A stretch of DNA of 63,627 bases, filler included, from Pirum gemmata (GCA_002812295.1; 16 parts of 16 records of this genome joined end to end with filler, not necessarily neighbours in it), one strand, 5' to 3'. Counted from the whole stretch's first letter, positions 23,143-36,830 are shown. A program made the numbers and translations. Notes: generated by a model from the sequence alone, not told the origin.

Positions 23143-23909
23143 AAATGTAATACTAACAATAATAGCGGCAAAAAAAGCAATAAAAGGGATTATATTAATA
23201 GGAAGACGAATAACCATAATAACATATAGTAATAATAGTAATGGTAGTAACAATAGTGACAATAAGTATAGTCCTAGTAGCATATACAAAACAGTCATAG
23301 GTACATTCGTAATAGTGTCAGTAATAACGCTTGTTAATGTTTGTGGTGATGTTTATGTTGATGGTGTTTAATAATGTCCAGTGAAGGAAATGTACTGAAA
23401 TTTCTGGCGCTTCTTGTTTTATATGATAATACAGTTGTTAACTCGCATATAGTTTTAATTAAAAACAAAATAGAAATGAGTTCAAAAGCTTTGTAAAAAA
23501 AATATTTAGTCTTTATTGCTATAATTGCGCATGGAGACGGAGAAAAAAACAAAATTTAGAAGTTCGAAATTCTTTACTATGAGAAACAGCAACTTCACTC
23601 CAATCTAGAATACCGAAAGAGTTAATATAATAAATAGACAGAAGATAATTATAATGGTGATTTCAAAACCAATTGAAGCAAATGATTGTTATTATATATA
23701 TCAATAATAAACGATATTATTTTTATATATAACTTAATTTAATTAATAATTAATTAATAATGTATGGTTATTGATAATAATAATNNNNNNNNNNNNNNNN
23801 NNNNNNNNNNNNNNNNNNNNNNNNNNNNTTAATTAATTAANNNNNNNNNNNNNNNNNNNNNNNNNNNNNNNNNNNNNNNNNNNNAATAATAATAATAATA
23901 ATAATAATA

Positions 23910-25262
23910 ATGAATAATGAATTACTACGTAGGATGGAAAATTTATTAAGAGATCATTCTTCCCCTACTAAACAAAACTATAGAGATGTTGCAATAATTT
24001 TTCATCCGGATAAGTTTATCGTTAATAGAAGTAAAATTGAATGGTTGTTAAAGGAATTGGATTTTTCTAAATGTTTTGATGGTGATGAGACAACGATAGA
24101 AAAAAAAGCTCTCAGAATATTCACTTATTTTGAAAATGTAAAAAAACAGTTAGAAATACATCACCAAGTTATGATAAACATAATTACATCGCAATTGTAC
24201 TGTGAACATGAACATGAATTAATTCATGAATTGAATAATTTACCGTATTCTGATATTGTTTATTGTAATACTGATTTTGATATTAATTCTAATTTTCATA
24301 AAATTTTGGCCAAGTATTTAACTGAAGAAGAACATCGTAGTTATATAAATAGAAATAAATATATTCTTGATGAAAAACAGCTCACCACCGCAAAACATCA
24401 TCATTCATCATATCAATTGCAACGATTGGGAAAAAATATAGATATTATTTGGTGGACTAGTAAAGAAAAAGAATTTAAACGTGAATTGTTTAATTTGCAT
24501 TATTCACATGTTATTAATTTGCATGAAAATTTTGATCGTCATTCTGTTCTTCATAAAATTATTTTGAAGTATATAAATGAAGAAGAATATGGGGTTTTCA
24601 TAAAACATATTCGTTCGTCAATAAATCATTATCGAAGGGATTTAATTAATATAATTACAATAGTATGTAATGACGGTGAAGAATTTATGAATGAATTATC
24701 TAATTTACCTATTTCACAGATTAATGTGTTTGAAAATTTTGATCGGGATTCTGCTCTTTATAAACTTATATTGAAGTACTGTCCAGCAAAATATAAAGCT
24801 TTATTGGATTTTGTAGAACGAGAACGGGCTGAACGAGAACGGACTGACCGAGAACGGACTGACCGAGAACGGACTGACCGAGAACGGGCTGTGCCTGAAC
24901 CTGAGCCTAAACCTAAAGAGCCCGCTAATAACAAAAAGAGAAAAATGGAAGAAGAGCGTACTACTACTACAACTACTATTTTACCTAAAAAAAAGCGTGC
25001 TAAAATTGAACTGAAAGAACCTCCTAACTGCGACGCTACTAGTTTTGCTACAAAATATCATTGTACTTATTGCAAATTACAACCCGAAAATGACTTAGAG
25101 TAGGACGGATACAACCAGGTTTTGTTTGTAGAACACAACAAGTTTTCCATGTGGCATACTCGTTGTATGCGCAATGGTACCGGGTTCAGTCCGGGTTCTC
25201 TAATAGTATCACTAACTGGATGGAATATAGGCCACAATTTAACTTTTTATGGAAAAGCTTAA
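23910..25262 (+). pseudogene. Virus-like protein with a J-domain-like HPD motif, three ~70-aa internal repeats and a C-terminal zinc finger interrupted by TAG (25101-25103)
   Basis: YRDVAIIFHPDK; EL-x-NL..FD-x2-S..KIL repeated three times; CTYC..(stop)..WHTRC continues in frame to TAA at 25260-25262. Confidence 0.55.
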
Positions 25263-25311
25263 GAAATAGTAAAGTTACCAAGGTTAAAATTAAAAAAGAG
25301 ACTGGTGTAAT

Positions 25312-25710
25312 TTGGAAAAGTCGGTCCAGAAAAAGTTTGGTGATAATACTTTTTTTTTTGTTTTTATTGTAGAAAACAAAAAAATTATCAAAGTCCAAAC
25401 CATTTTTGAATACTTGGGATTTGAAAATTGTGCCTTATTAGTTGATTTACCTCCCCTCAATACTGAACCTGAAGAGCTAGTTTCTCTCTCAACAACAATC
25501 CAGGATGACGTTGAATCGATTGAAATTGATTTTTCTGAGAGAAATGTAAACATATTCAATTATGTTGATGATTTTGATTATTTAGGAAATGGTCAAATAC
25601 GTTCCCCAAAAGGAAATATCTGTGGGAAATGTTTTATTATTCATGACATATTAGTTTATTGTGTTAGAGAATCTGGAAAACCACATGATTGTTTTGGTTG
25701 TAAAAATTAA
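25312..25710 (+). CDS. Hypothetical Cys/His-rich protein fragment (no ATG)
   Basis: 132-aa open frame ending CGKC..H..C..HDCFGC. Confidence 0.4.
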   Translation: MEKSVQKKFGDNTFFFVFIVENKKIIKVQTIFEYLGFENCALLVDLPPLNTEPEELVSLSTTIQDDVESIEIDFSERNVNIFNYVDDFDYLGNGQIRSPKGNICGKCFIIHDILVYCVRESGKPHDCFGCKN

Positions 25711-25912
25711 ATTGACTTTCCAAATTTTACATATCTAAAGTCATTTATTTCATTATTTTTAATATGTTATTATTAATTATATTTGGACTATATAATTTAA
25801 TCTTTCCCCATTTGTCAATACCGTTTGAAACAATAACATTTTTATTATTTTTTTGTCTTTTTAATAAACAATTTGCTTCATTTTTTGTCCCGACCTTTTC
25901 AATTACACTTAA

Positions 25913-26623
25913 AATAGATGGTTTGGAAATGATTTAACTCTTCAAGAAAATAAAATTTATGAATTAAAAAACAGTATATACGATTTTAACGCATATAAAA
26001 CTCCAGTTACAGATCTAAACGATGGTAAAATTAAATGTCAACAAAACCCACGTTGTCAATTTTTAATTAGACAATTTGGCGTTTCGCTGCCTCCTGGTGT
26101 GACAAAATTTGATAGTTATAGCTTAGTTATGCAACCAGTAAAATTAGCGTCTAATACTTTATATGGAAGAATGACCCTACATACTTTCTCTAAAGTTACT
26201 GGTACAAAATCTGCTACAACATTTGCTACAACATCTGCTACAACATCTGCTACGACATCTGCTACAAAATCTACTACAAAATCTACTATAAAATCCACTA
26301 CATCTACTACAATATCTGCTACAACATCTGCTACAAAATCTGCTACGGATACTGGTACTGGTAATGGTACGGATACGGATACTGGTACGGATACGAGTCA
26401 GAAATCAGGTATTAATTGGTTTTTAATTGGTGGTATTGGTATTATTATAGCAATTGTATTGGTGGTAGTGTTTATGTTCAAACCGAAACGTCATAGTCGT
26501 CGTCACCGTCCTCGTCCTCGCCCTCGTCCTTTTCGTGATTTAGAAGATAATTACGGAGAAGATAATTACGGAGAAGATAATTACGGAGAAGATAATTACG
26601 GAGAAGATAATTACGGAGGATAA
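25913..26623 (+). CDS. Single-pass membrane protein: Thr-rich stalk, TM helix, Arg/Pro patch, (GEDNY)n tail; 5' end uncertain
   Basis: Frame is open from 25913; WFLIGGIGIIIAIVLVVVFMF TM segment; 15-bp GAAGATAATTACGGA repeats. Confidence 0.65.
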   Translation, partial: NRWFGNDLTLQENKIYELKNSIYDFNAYKTPVTDLNDGKIKCQQNPRCQFLIRQFGVSLPPGVTKFDSYSLVMQPVKLASNTLYGRMTLHTFSKVTGTKSATTFATTSATTSATTSATKSTTKSTIKSTTSTTISATTSATKSATDTGTGNGTDTDTGTDTSQKSGINWFLIGGIGIIIAIVLVVVFMFKPKRHSRRHRPRPRPRPFRDLEDNYGEDNYGEDNYGEDNYGEDNYGG

Positions 26624-27830
26624 TTACGAGAAGATAATTACGGATGATAATTACGAGAAGATTAATTACGGTGTGTTACCGAGCGCTCTACTTGTTACCG
26701 TGTTACCGAGCGCTCTACGTGTGTTACCTTGAAGAATTTTTATTTTTTAATTTTTTTTAATTTTTTAATTTTTTAATTTAAAAAATTAAAAAAATCATGT
26801 CTTTATAATGTAATTCATAAAAGAAAAAAAGCCAATGAAATAAAGTATAAAAAAAGAAAATATTCGAATCGAACATATAATTTTAATATGTTTGATATTT
26901 TAGAACATATTTTTCATAAAGTAAAAAATTATTTAAATATTCGAATCGAACATAAATGTTTATTAGGTTTGATATTTTTGACTAAGCCATTGAAAGAAAA
27001 TATTTTTAATACCAATGAAATTACTTGGTTAAACTAGGTAATTTGGTAAAATATAATTAAATAATAAATAATATTCCAATAAAATATTATTTATTTTACC
27101 CAATTAATATTAATTTTTTGTAGTAGCGATAATTTTGCGAATTAACCATAAAACAATAATTTTCGGCGGGGTAACCATAAAACAATAATTTTCGGCGGGG
27201 TATTTTAAGGCGAAAAAAAAAAGTAGCCAAAAATATTCGGACAAATTTTAGGGAAGCGAAAAAAAAAAAGGGGGGAATATTTTGCGGCGAAATTTTGGGA
27301 GCTACATACCGAAAAAAAAAATGTGGGATATTTTAGCTGATATTTTTCGGGCGAAAAAAAAAATTGTATGGTGGGGGCAATCTTTACATAAAAAAGTAGA
27401 CAGATTTTTTTTTAACTCGAAAAAATCATGTTTTTTTCGATTTTTTCCACTTTTTTTTTTTTTTTCGAAAAAGTAAAANNNNNNNNNNNNNNNNNNNNNN
27501 NNNNNNNNNNNNNNNNNNNNNNTTAATTAATTAANNNNNNNNNNNNNNNNNNNNNNNNNNNNNNNNNNNNNNNNNNNNAGTTCAATTATACAATTGAACG
27601 GTACCAAATTAAAGATGGAAAGGGCAACTGTAATGAAATAGGCGATAGTAGTTTAGTAGAGAGAGTCTATCATATAGCTCTAGCTAATATCATAGCTAGA
27701 GAGTACGATATAACTGTTAGTTAGAGAAAAAAAACACTTAACATATAGTCACGTGTAAAACTGCTAAAAAAAGCTTAAAAAATCCTTAAAAAAGCACCCA
27801 TAATTTATAGATACCAAAACAAGTCAAAAA

Positions 27831-28315
27831 ACTACTAAAAAGAGAGTCACGGGCTGGTCTACCTTATTGAGTAAGTAATTAGTAATAAGAAATCTACTTT
27901 TTTTTTTTTTTTGTGACGATTTTTTCTACAAAATGACGCAATAGAAAATGGTGTATTTAAAATTTTTGAGAGGAGTTTAGATTTTTGGGAGTTTTGTCAA
28001 GGGCTTCAAAAAAAGAACCTTGAAGTCCTTGGTTTTGTTCAAAAAGTAATAATTATTTTTTTTATTGCGTATTTCCACCTCTTTACATCAAATAGCATAC
28101 GTCACTACTAAAAAGAGAGTCACGGCTGGTCTACCTTATTGAGCTTAGCCTTATTGAGTAAGTAATTAGTAATAAGAAATCTACTTTTTTTTTTTTTGTG
28201 ACGATTTTTTCTACAAAATGACGCAATAGAAAATGGTGTATTTAAAATTTTTGAGAGGAGTTTAGATTTTTGGGAGTTTTGTCAAGGGCTTCAAAAAAAG
28301 AACCTTGAAGTCCTT
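27831..28315. repeat. Direct duplication of ~200 bp (copies start at about 27831 and 28104)
   Basis: ACTACTAAAAAGAGAGTCACG...GAACCTTGAAGTCCTT occurs twice. Confidence 0.9.
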
Positions 28316-29030
28316 NNNNNNNNNNNNNNNNNNNNNNNNNNNNNNNNNNNNNNNNNNNNNNNNNNNNNNNNNNNNNNNNNAAAAAAAAAAAAAAAAAAAC
28401 TGAAAAGAGATTGAAAAGAATGATTGTAGACTTTGATGCGATCTGTTATGATAGGTGCAAACAATCTCTAAAAACGCCCTACTTTTTTTTACTAATTAAA
28501 AGTCCAACCTTTTTTTAATTATTATGTTCGAACATTTCATTCCTATTAAAAATACCTTTATATCGCTTATGTTCGAAAATTGAAAATTCTAGTGAATCCC
28601 AAAAGTAGGGCGTTTTTAAATTGTTTTCACCATACCTCACCACTACCTCACCCCATTATTATTATTTATTTATTGCAGTAACAACAACAATAATAATAGC
28701 AAGCACAATAATAACTTGCAACAACAAAACTTTGAGAGTAGTACTGACACACAAGGGTGTAAAATAGTCTATTACTATGTAGACACCTGTCTCCCGCCAG
28801 TGGTGTTGGAGAAAATTTATAAAAAATAAAAAAAAAAATAAAAATAACAATAGCAATATCATAACAATAATAACAATAACAATATCACCATAACCAAAAC
28901 AATAACAATAACAATCATCATCTTAGTATCACGTCTTCCTCCCCTCCTCTCCCACCTCCACCACCACCACCTCATCCTCATTCTTCTTCCTAGACTTAAG
29001 CAACTACAACAATACTAGCAACACAGCACT

Positions 29031-29676
29031 ATGTCAGAATCTTCATCATGTCTTCCCAACAATAACAACAATAACAATAACAATAACAACAACAGCAACA
29101 ACAGTAGCAATGAAAATGATGCTAATAATAATAAAAATAGAGAATTAACTATAGCTAAAAACAGTCACAATATTCAATTTGAAACGCAATTGTTTAAAAA
29201 CGTTAATTACCATTGCATTAAAAAAATTGCTGGTGAGAAATTTGGTATGACTTTTGTGCTAATCAACGGCTCTTATTATATTGTTTACGTCAAATATTAT
29301 CATAAAGTAGCGAAATCCTTAATACGTGAGCAACAAAAAAAAATTGATAAACATGGTTACGCCATTTTAGAACCAAATGAACTATTACCCGAAAACAATA
29401 GCGAAAATAATACAAATAAAATACGATATATACGGGAAAATCAAGATCATTTTGATGTTATTTCTGGGAATGAAATTAGAGAACTACAACCCCCAGTACC
29501 AACACCAAAAAACAAGGTTAAAAAAATAAAAGTGTTATCGTTAAGTAAACTTAAAAAGACAGGTTCGACCGAAGAACAACCGCAAAGTTCGGAATTACAA
29601 GTACATCCACAATATCCTCAACTTTTTATAAAAGCTTCAGCAGAAACAGAACCAAATGAACAAACAACAGAACAAG

Positions 29677-29714
<38 letters not shown>

Positions 29715-30515
29715 CAACATCAACAAGAACAAGAACAAGAATTAAGTAATAATAATAATAATAAAGATAAAAAAATCTACAAAAGCACTCCTGCTTATAA
29801 AGCAGGTTTTTCTTTTGGTGACAAGTTGATGGATATAGAAGCTATACAATGCAATAGATACTCCCAAGAACAACTATATGAGATGTTGAAATCTAGAGAT
29901 CGACTAAGTATTAAAGTTCAACAATGTGCTTATGCTATATTAGAAAAAAATGGTGATGATTATTTAAACAATGCCATTAACAAAACTAACAATAGTATCA
30001 ATAGTAGTAATAGGACTAATAATAACGTTAATGGTAGTAGTAGTAGTAATAATAGTAGTGTTGAAGGCGGTAGTGGTGGTCGTGGTGTTAATGCTAACGA
30101 TAATGAAACTGATAATGAAAAGCAGAGTGAAGATATTGTAGCCAAGTTCTATACCGATACAGGTATTATTAGCTATAACAATCACCACATTGAAGCTATC
30201 GAGCCTTTTGGTTTAGCGGCACAAACAAATATTTTAAAACCAGGATTGAGAATTTTCGGTGTCAACGGAAAATGTTTACTAAATTATAATTCTTATAATA
30301 CTATTCATACTGTGGCGCAAGCTTGGAAGAGAGGTGATGTATGTTTAACGATAATAAACCACAAACTTTGTCATTATTTGTTATTAAAAATGAGAGAAAT
30401 GGGGGTTAGTACCGAAGAAATTAATAGAATTACAGTGATGGATGCCCCCAGAAAATATATTAATATATTAAGTAACCAAGAGGTACATTTGCACACTAGC
30501 ACAGTAAAAACATAA
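29031..30515 (+). CDS. Syntenin-like tandem PDZ protein with long low-complexity insertions
   Basis: PDZ1: KKIAGEKFGMTF...[insert]...STPAYKAGFSFGDKLMDI; PDZ2: GIISYNNHHIEAIEPFGLAAQ...IFGVNGK...VCLTII; C-terminal helix similar to syntenin. Confidence 0.7.
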
Positions 30516-30625
30516 TAGTAATCATGATAATGATACTGATAATGGTGATAATGATAATGATAATGATAATAATGATAATGATAATATTGATACCGATAAT
30601 GATTATGATAATGATAATGATAATG

Positions 30626-30657
<32 letters not shown>

Positions 30658-31224
30658 GATAATGATAATGATAATAATGATAATATTGATACTGATATTG
30701 ATACTGATAATGATAATGATAATGATAATGATAATGATAATGATAATACTAATAATGATAATGATATAATAATAATAATGATGATAATGATAATGATAAT
30801 GATAATGATAATGATAATGATAATGATAATGATAATTATATTTGGCTATGTTAATCACAACGCGAGTGGCTATGGTAACGGTATTGATAGGAGTGGAAAG
30901 GAACGGCGACAACACTAAATACTAAATACGCTTATAAATTAAATAACCCCAACCAGCAACCTCGAAAAACCCAACAACCAACAACCCCAACAACCCACTA
31001 GCTATATATTTTTATTATTTTAGTAACTTTTACTTCTCGAACTTTTGTGACATAATTATTGATCATGAACACTCTTATGGTTCCTATGTAATGTATTTAT
31101 TCATTTTTTTTTCATAAATAATAATAAATAATAATAAATAATAATAAATAATAATAAATAATAATAAATAANNNNNNNNNNNNNNNNNNNNNNNNNNNNN
31201 NNNNNTTATTATTATTATTATTAC

Positions 31225-31271
<47 letters not shown>

Positions 31272-31525
31272 TTTTTCTTTTTCTTTTTCTTATTTATTAT
31301 TATCATTGATATATTATTTTTATTATTGTTGTTATTATTATATTATTATTATTATTATTTAAATTTAATTAAGACCACAAAAAAATATTATTGGTCTAAG
31401 TCTGAAAGTCAGATAACCCCTGGATTGCACAATTACCATTTTAATTAAAAATTTTTTTAGCTAATACTCTCTAATCTATCTTGAAGGGCCCTGTGGCACT
31501 ACAGCAGTAGGGGGGGGCTAGCAGG

Positions 31526-32083
31526 AGTAGGGGCGTGATGACGTCATTTTATCATTACCGTACTTTTCCGGTTTTTATGGTTTTTATTACTATTAATGTT
31601 AACATTGTTACTTTAATTGGTAACTACTAAATTAGATTTACTATGTTAAGCTATTTTACTACCATTAATAGTAATAAACACTGAACTAAGGTTGGCTCGA
31701 TAAGCATCTGTTCGAAAAAAGTTCCAGTAGATATCACCCCTACTCTAGCAGGGCCATGACTGAAGTGAAGTGGAATTATAATATTATTATTTAATTGGTT
31801 AAAAAAACAATTCAACAATCTTTGCCCAGCTACTAGCTAGAGTAGTAGGGGTGAGATGACGTCATTTTATTATTATCGAACAGCTGCCGGAACTTTTCCG
31901 ATTTTATGGTTCTTATATAATTATTACTATTAATGTGAATATTATTACTTTAATTGGTATCTTCTATAATGAAATTTACTATTTTAAGCTATTTTACTGC
32001 TGTTATTAGCAAAGAACACGGAACTAAGGTTGGCTTGATAAGCATCCGTTCGAAAAAAGTTTCAGGAGAAATCTCACCCCTAC
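31526..32083 (+). mobile_element. Two adjacent copies of MITE family D (about 31526-31743 and 31843-32083); others at 11868-12057 (reverse) and 60052-60120
   Basis: TIR AGTAGGGGTGAGAT...ATCTCACCCCTACT and a shared interior. Confidence 0.8.
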
Positions 32084-32369
32084 TACTAGAGTATGCAGGA
32101 CACTAGCAGGACACAGTCTATTTCATTACAGCTGTCCTTAATTTGGTACTGTTTAAATGTATAATTGAACTTGTTTATAAAATAAAACATTAATTATAAA
32201 ATACCAAATTAATTAAAAAATGTCCGATAGTTTAACCATAATAATAATTTGGCACTATTGAAAAACACCATCGGTTAAGGTTAGGGTTAGGCCAAGTTCT
32301 GGCACACCAGTGACCAACCAGACTTGGTTCTTTTGTCTGTAACAAACAAAATCTCTTCAACTTCTGTAG

Positions 32370-32402
<33 letters not shown>

Positions 32403-32558
32403 NNNNNNNNNNNNNNNNNNNNNNNNNNNNNNNNNNNNNNNNNNNNTTAATTAATTAANNNNNNNNNNNNNNNNNNNNNNNNNNNNNNNNNNNNNNNNNN
32501 NNATTACAGGTTTGGGTTAGGGGTTGGAGTTATAAGTATAATAAAAATAAAAATTTAC

Positions 32559-32636
32559 AAAAGGGCCATCCGACTCTGTAAATTCAATAAGATTTGAAAT
32601 TTTTTGTACTATTTTGCTCACCAACGTCAAAGTTCT
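32559..32636 (-). CDS. Isolated internal exon of a RasGAP-domain gene
   Basis: AG/GT-bounded 78-nt exon RTLTLVSKIVQKISNLIEFTESDGPF matches the RasGAP RTLTLIAKxxQNLAN helix. Confidence 0.6.
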
Positions 32637-32755
32637 CTAAAAAATAAAATAAAATAATGATAATGATAATGGTAATGATAAGGATAATGGTAATGATAAT
32701 GATAAGGATAATGATAATGATAATGATAGTAATGACAATGATAATGATAGTAATG

Positions 32756-32792
<37 letters not shown>

Positions 32793-32913
32793 ATACATTT
32801 CTGATATAATTATGATGATGATCATGATAATTATGATGATGATGATGATGATTATGAATTGATAATCATAATCATAATCATAACCATAATGATAAAAAAC
32901 GATGATTACGATC

Positions 32914-32965
<52 letters not shown>

Positions 32966-33172
32966 ATAGTAAAATAAAAATAATGATGATCATGATGATG
33001 ATGATGATGATGAAGGTGGTGGTGATGATGATATAAGAAACGATAATGACACTTTTTAAATTTATTAATAATAAGATTATGATTATTTAGATTATGATTC
33101 AAATGGGGAAATTATAATGATAATGATAATGATAATAAAAAAAAGATGATGCTGATGATAATGATGGTGATA

Positions 33173-33204
<32 letters not shown>

Positions 33205-33286
33205 AATGATAATGATAATGATCATGATAATGATAATGATAATGATAATGATAATGATAATGATAACCATATTCATAATCATAATC

Positions 33287-33334
<48 letters not shown>

Positions 33335-33594
33335 GTGATAATGATAATGATAATAATAATAAATAATTATAATAATAATAATATTAATAAATAATAAATA
33401 AAAAAATAAACCAAAAATTAAAACTTACAATTAATAACGAATAAAGAAAACTACCAACTAATAATAACTAATCATTAATAATAACTAATAACTAATAACT
33501 AATAACATATTAAGTAATAACGAATAACTAATAATAACTTATAAATAACTAATAATTAATTTTAACAAGTAATAATAATAAATAAAAAAAATAC

Positions 33595-36067
33595 TTCTGT
33601 GTGGTGTTTGACGGACTCTTTTCCAGTAACTGGGGATTTGTGTGTTAAATTCCTATAGTTTACAATAGAATCTGCTTTTCCCTGTTTCCATTTTCTACAA
33701 GTCAAAATATAAATCAGAATTAAACCATTAGTTTTCTCTAAAAAAATGGAAATAACAAGAACCAAAAACCCAAATATTATTACAAGTAACGGTACATACC
33801 TGAATTCTTGTTTTGTTAAAGCAATATCGAATTTAGGATAATCAGTATCCTGCAAAAGGTCTATATAGAAATATCGTAAAAACAAGTTAAAATTCAGGTT
33901 AAGAAATCATAACAATCTGTACTCAGAAACATACTACAAACTAAAAACTAAAAAATTAAAAAACTGAAAAATTACAGACTAAAAAACTACAACATAAAAA
34001 ATTAAACTACAACTAAAAACAAAAGGGAAAAAAAAAACCATAAATAAATAAAATGCAAACCTACACACTAAAAGTTACAATAAGAAACAAGAAACAAGCG
34101 AAGGCAACAGAAACGGGTAAAAATAAAGAAAAACAACAAACACAAATTACATACCAAAAACCAAAAAAAACAATCAACAACAAACAGAAATTCAAAACAA
34201 AAACAAAAACAGACTTATTGTACTTACCTTCTAAATAATCAGCTTGAAAATCAATCATATCAAGAGCTGTTTTACATAAAGCTTCTTTTTTTGACCACTT
34301 AACCATATCATCATTTCTATCTTTTTGAGATGGGATTTTCTTTTTCCCTTGTATAGCATCTCTAACAAACCAAGCTTCAGCATCAAACATAGTAAATGTG
34401 TACCATTGATCTTGCATACCGATGTAAAACATATCAGGATCCTTATCCCAAACCACACCTTTGTACAACCCAGGTGAATATAAACGATTATAAGTTTCTA
34501 AACGAAGGTTTTCGCTAGGTAAGAATGGAAAGTCATGGATATAACCAGTACACATCATAATAACATCAAAGGATTCTACAGTACCATCTTGAAATGTAAC
34601 TTGGTCATTTTTGATGGATTGCAGTAAAGGCAATTCTTTCATTCCCAATGGAAATTTAAAACCCATAGGTGAAGTACGATAACTAAACGTAACGCTCTCG
34701 GCCCCAAATTTTTTACATTGTAATCCAATATCTTCGGCAGAATAAGAAGAACCAATCAACAACAGCCGTTTTCCCGCAAATTCTCTCGCAGAACGGAAAT
34801 CATGGGCATGAAGTACACGACCAGGGAATGTTTCTATGCCTTCAAACTCGGGGTAATTTGGTGTAGTAAAATGACCAGTAGCCACTACCACATTATCAAA
34901 TACTTCGGTCTTTTCCTTCTTAGTTTTGTAACAAAAAGATAAAACTTCAAACATACCTGCGCTATTTTTTTGAACGTTACGAACCACTGTTTCAAATTGA
35001 ATCATATCGCGAATGTTAGATTTCTTGGCGCGCCCAATAACATAATCCGCCAACACAGCTCGTGATGGATAAGAACCAATATTTTTACCAAAGTGCTCTT
35101 CAAATGAATAATCTGCAAATTCTAAAACTTCTTTCGGTCCATTACTCCACAAGTTTTGGTACATACTACTGTGTACTGGTTCTCCATTGATATCTTTGTT
35201 CACACGGAATGTGTAATTCCATTGCCCTCCCCAATCGTTTTGACGCTCGTAGCATGTTAGGTTTGGAACAGACTAAATTTTATTAAAAAAAAAAAAAAAG
35301 TTAGGTTTAGGGATTAGACTTAGACTGACAATTGGACTTGGACTTAGACTTAGGTTTAAGTTTAGGACGTTGTTAGCAACACGAAAACCCACAATCTTAA
35401 TAACAAAGGACTATAACTAAAGGGTCAGGGTTAGTCTTAATAAAAAAGGACTATAACTAAACATTTTAATAGTAATAATTAACAATTATAACAATAACCA
35501 TAATCATCATCATAATCATCATCATAATCATCATCATAATCATAATGATAATGATAACCATAATCATAATAATAATCATCATAATCATAATCATAATCAT
35601 AATCATAATCATAATCATAATCATAATCATAATCATTAATATAATGACAATGCTAATGATAATGATAATGAAATAATAAATAAATAATAAATAAATAATA
35701 AATTAATAAATTAATAAGTAATAAGTAATAATTAAATAAATTAAATAAATTAAATAAATTAAATGAATTAAATGAATTACATAAATTAAATAAATTAAAT
35801 ACATTAATTAAATTAAATAAATTAAATAAATTAAATAAATTAAATTAAATAAATAAATTAATAAATAAATAAAATCACTTCTCCATTTTTTTTGGCCAAA
35901 GCAAAAGCTCGTAAAATTGACAAACCAGAAGGCCCCGCACCAATTACCAAAACTCGCTTATTATCACAATCCTTTTGATCATGCAGTGTAGCAACAGTAC
36001 TACAATATACAAAAAAAAACACGTGATTAACAAATATTCTTTTAGACAACAACCACATGACTTTCAT
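33595..36067 (-). CDS. Flavin-containing monooxygenase of bacterial trimethylamine monooxygenase (Tmm/mFMO) type; exons 36067-35879, 35272-34228, 33860-33800, 33694-33595; last exon not found
   Basis: GAGPSG, WGGQWNY, PVHSSMYQNLWSNGPKE, ATGHF, FPGRVLHAHDFR, GSSYSAEDIG, IGMQDQWYTFTMFDA; phase-consistent GT-AG introns. Confidence 0.92.
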
Positions 36068-36830
36068 TCATGCTGAATTCGACAAAAAATAAAACGAGGT
36101 GTGATTCAGGGTTGGGGGGGGGGGNNNNNNNNNNNNNNNNNNNNNNNNNNNNNNNNNNNNNNNNNNNNTTAATTAATTAANNNNNNNNNNNNNNNNNNNN
36201 NNNNNNNNNNNNNNNNNNNNNNNNTTATTATTATTATTATTAATATTATTATTATTGTTGTTGTTGTTGTCTACTCTATAGTCGTCTACTTCAGCCAAAA
36301 TATAAACAAGGGGGAGACAAGAGGAAAACCAAAATTATTCTTGTTCTAGTTTAGCTAGTAGTTTACTAAAAGTCTAGTAGTAGTAGGCAGCTAGCTAGCT
36401 CTAGCTAGTCTCTAGCTAGGACGGTAGACCCCCTCTAGCTAGCTAGCTCTAGGTGCTCGGAGGCGTACTAACTAGTAGGGTGCTCGTAAAAAAAAATTGT
36501 GGGAGCACCCAAAAAAGGTTTTTGTAAAAAAAAAACAAGAAAAGAAAAAGCAGAAATTTCGTGACCTTTCATTGGCTACTGTTCTAAAGAAGAACAAGAA
36601 AATGTCGAGAAAATACGTGATTTCGCTGTCATTTTTCGAAAAAATAATATTTTTATTGGATAGAAGAAAACCCAAACTAAACAAGGTAATAAATTTCACA
36701 TCATTTTTTTTTTTTTTTTTTTTTTTGCTTTTTTTATTTCTGGGAGACTGTGCGCGAGTAATTAGCTTTCTAAAAGTTTTCTAAAGCAGGATAGTCTGGA
36801 TAGATGAGGTTTTACTAGCTAGCTAGCTAG

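Noticed and set aside
26543..26730. Short direct repeats as a mini-CRISPR
   Set aside because: Contiguous 15-bp coding repeats and two ~30-bp copies without unique spacers
30496..33394. Poly-Ile/Met/His ORFs (similar ones at 2510-2854, 6415-6870, 43792-44090, 54484-54672)
   Set aside because: Simple-repeat artefacts in introns or intergenic DNA
34061..34227. Hydrophobic C-terminal tail of the FMO ORF as a membrane anchor
   Set aside because: It is intron read-through after the GTAAGT donor at 34227; FMO homology resumes in exon 33860-33800
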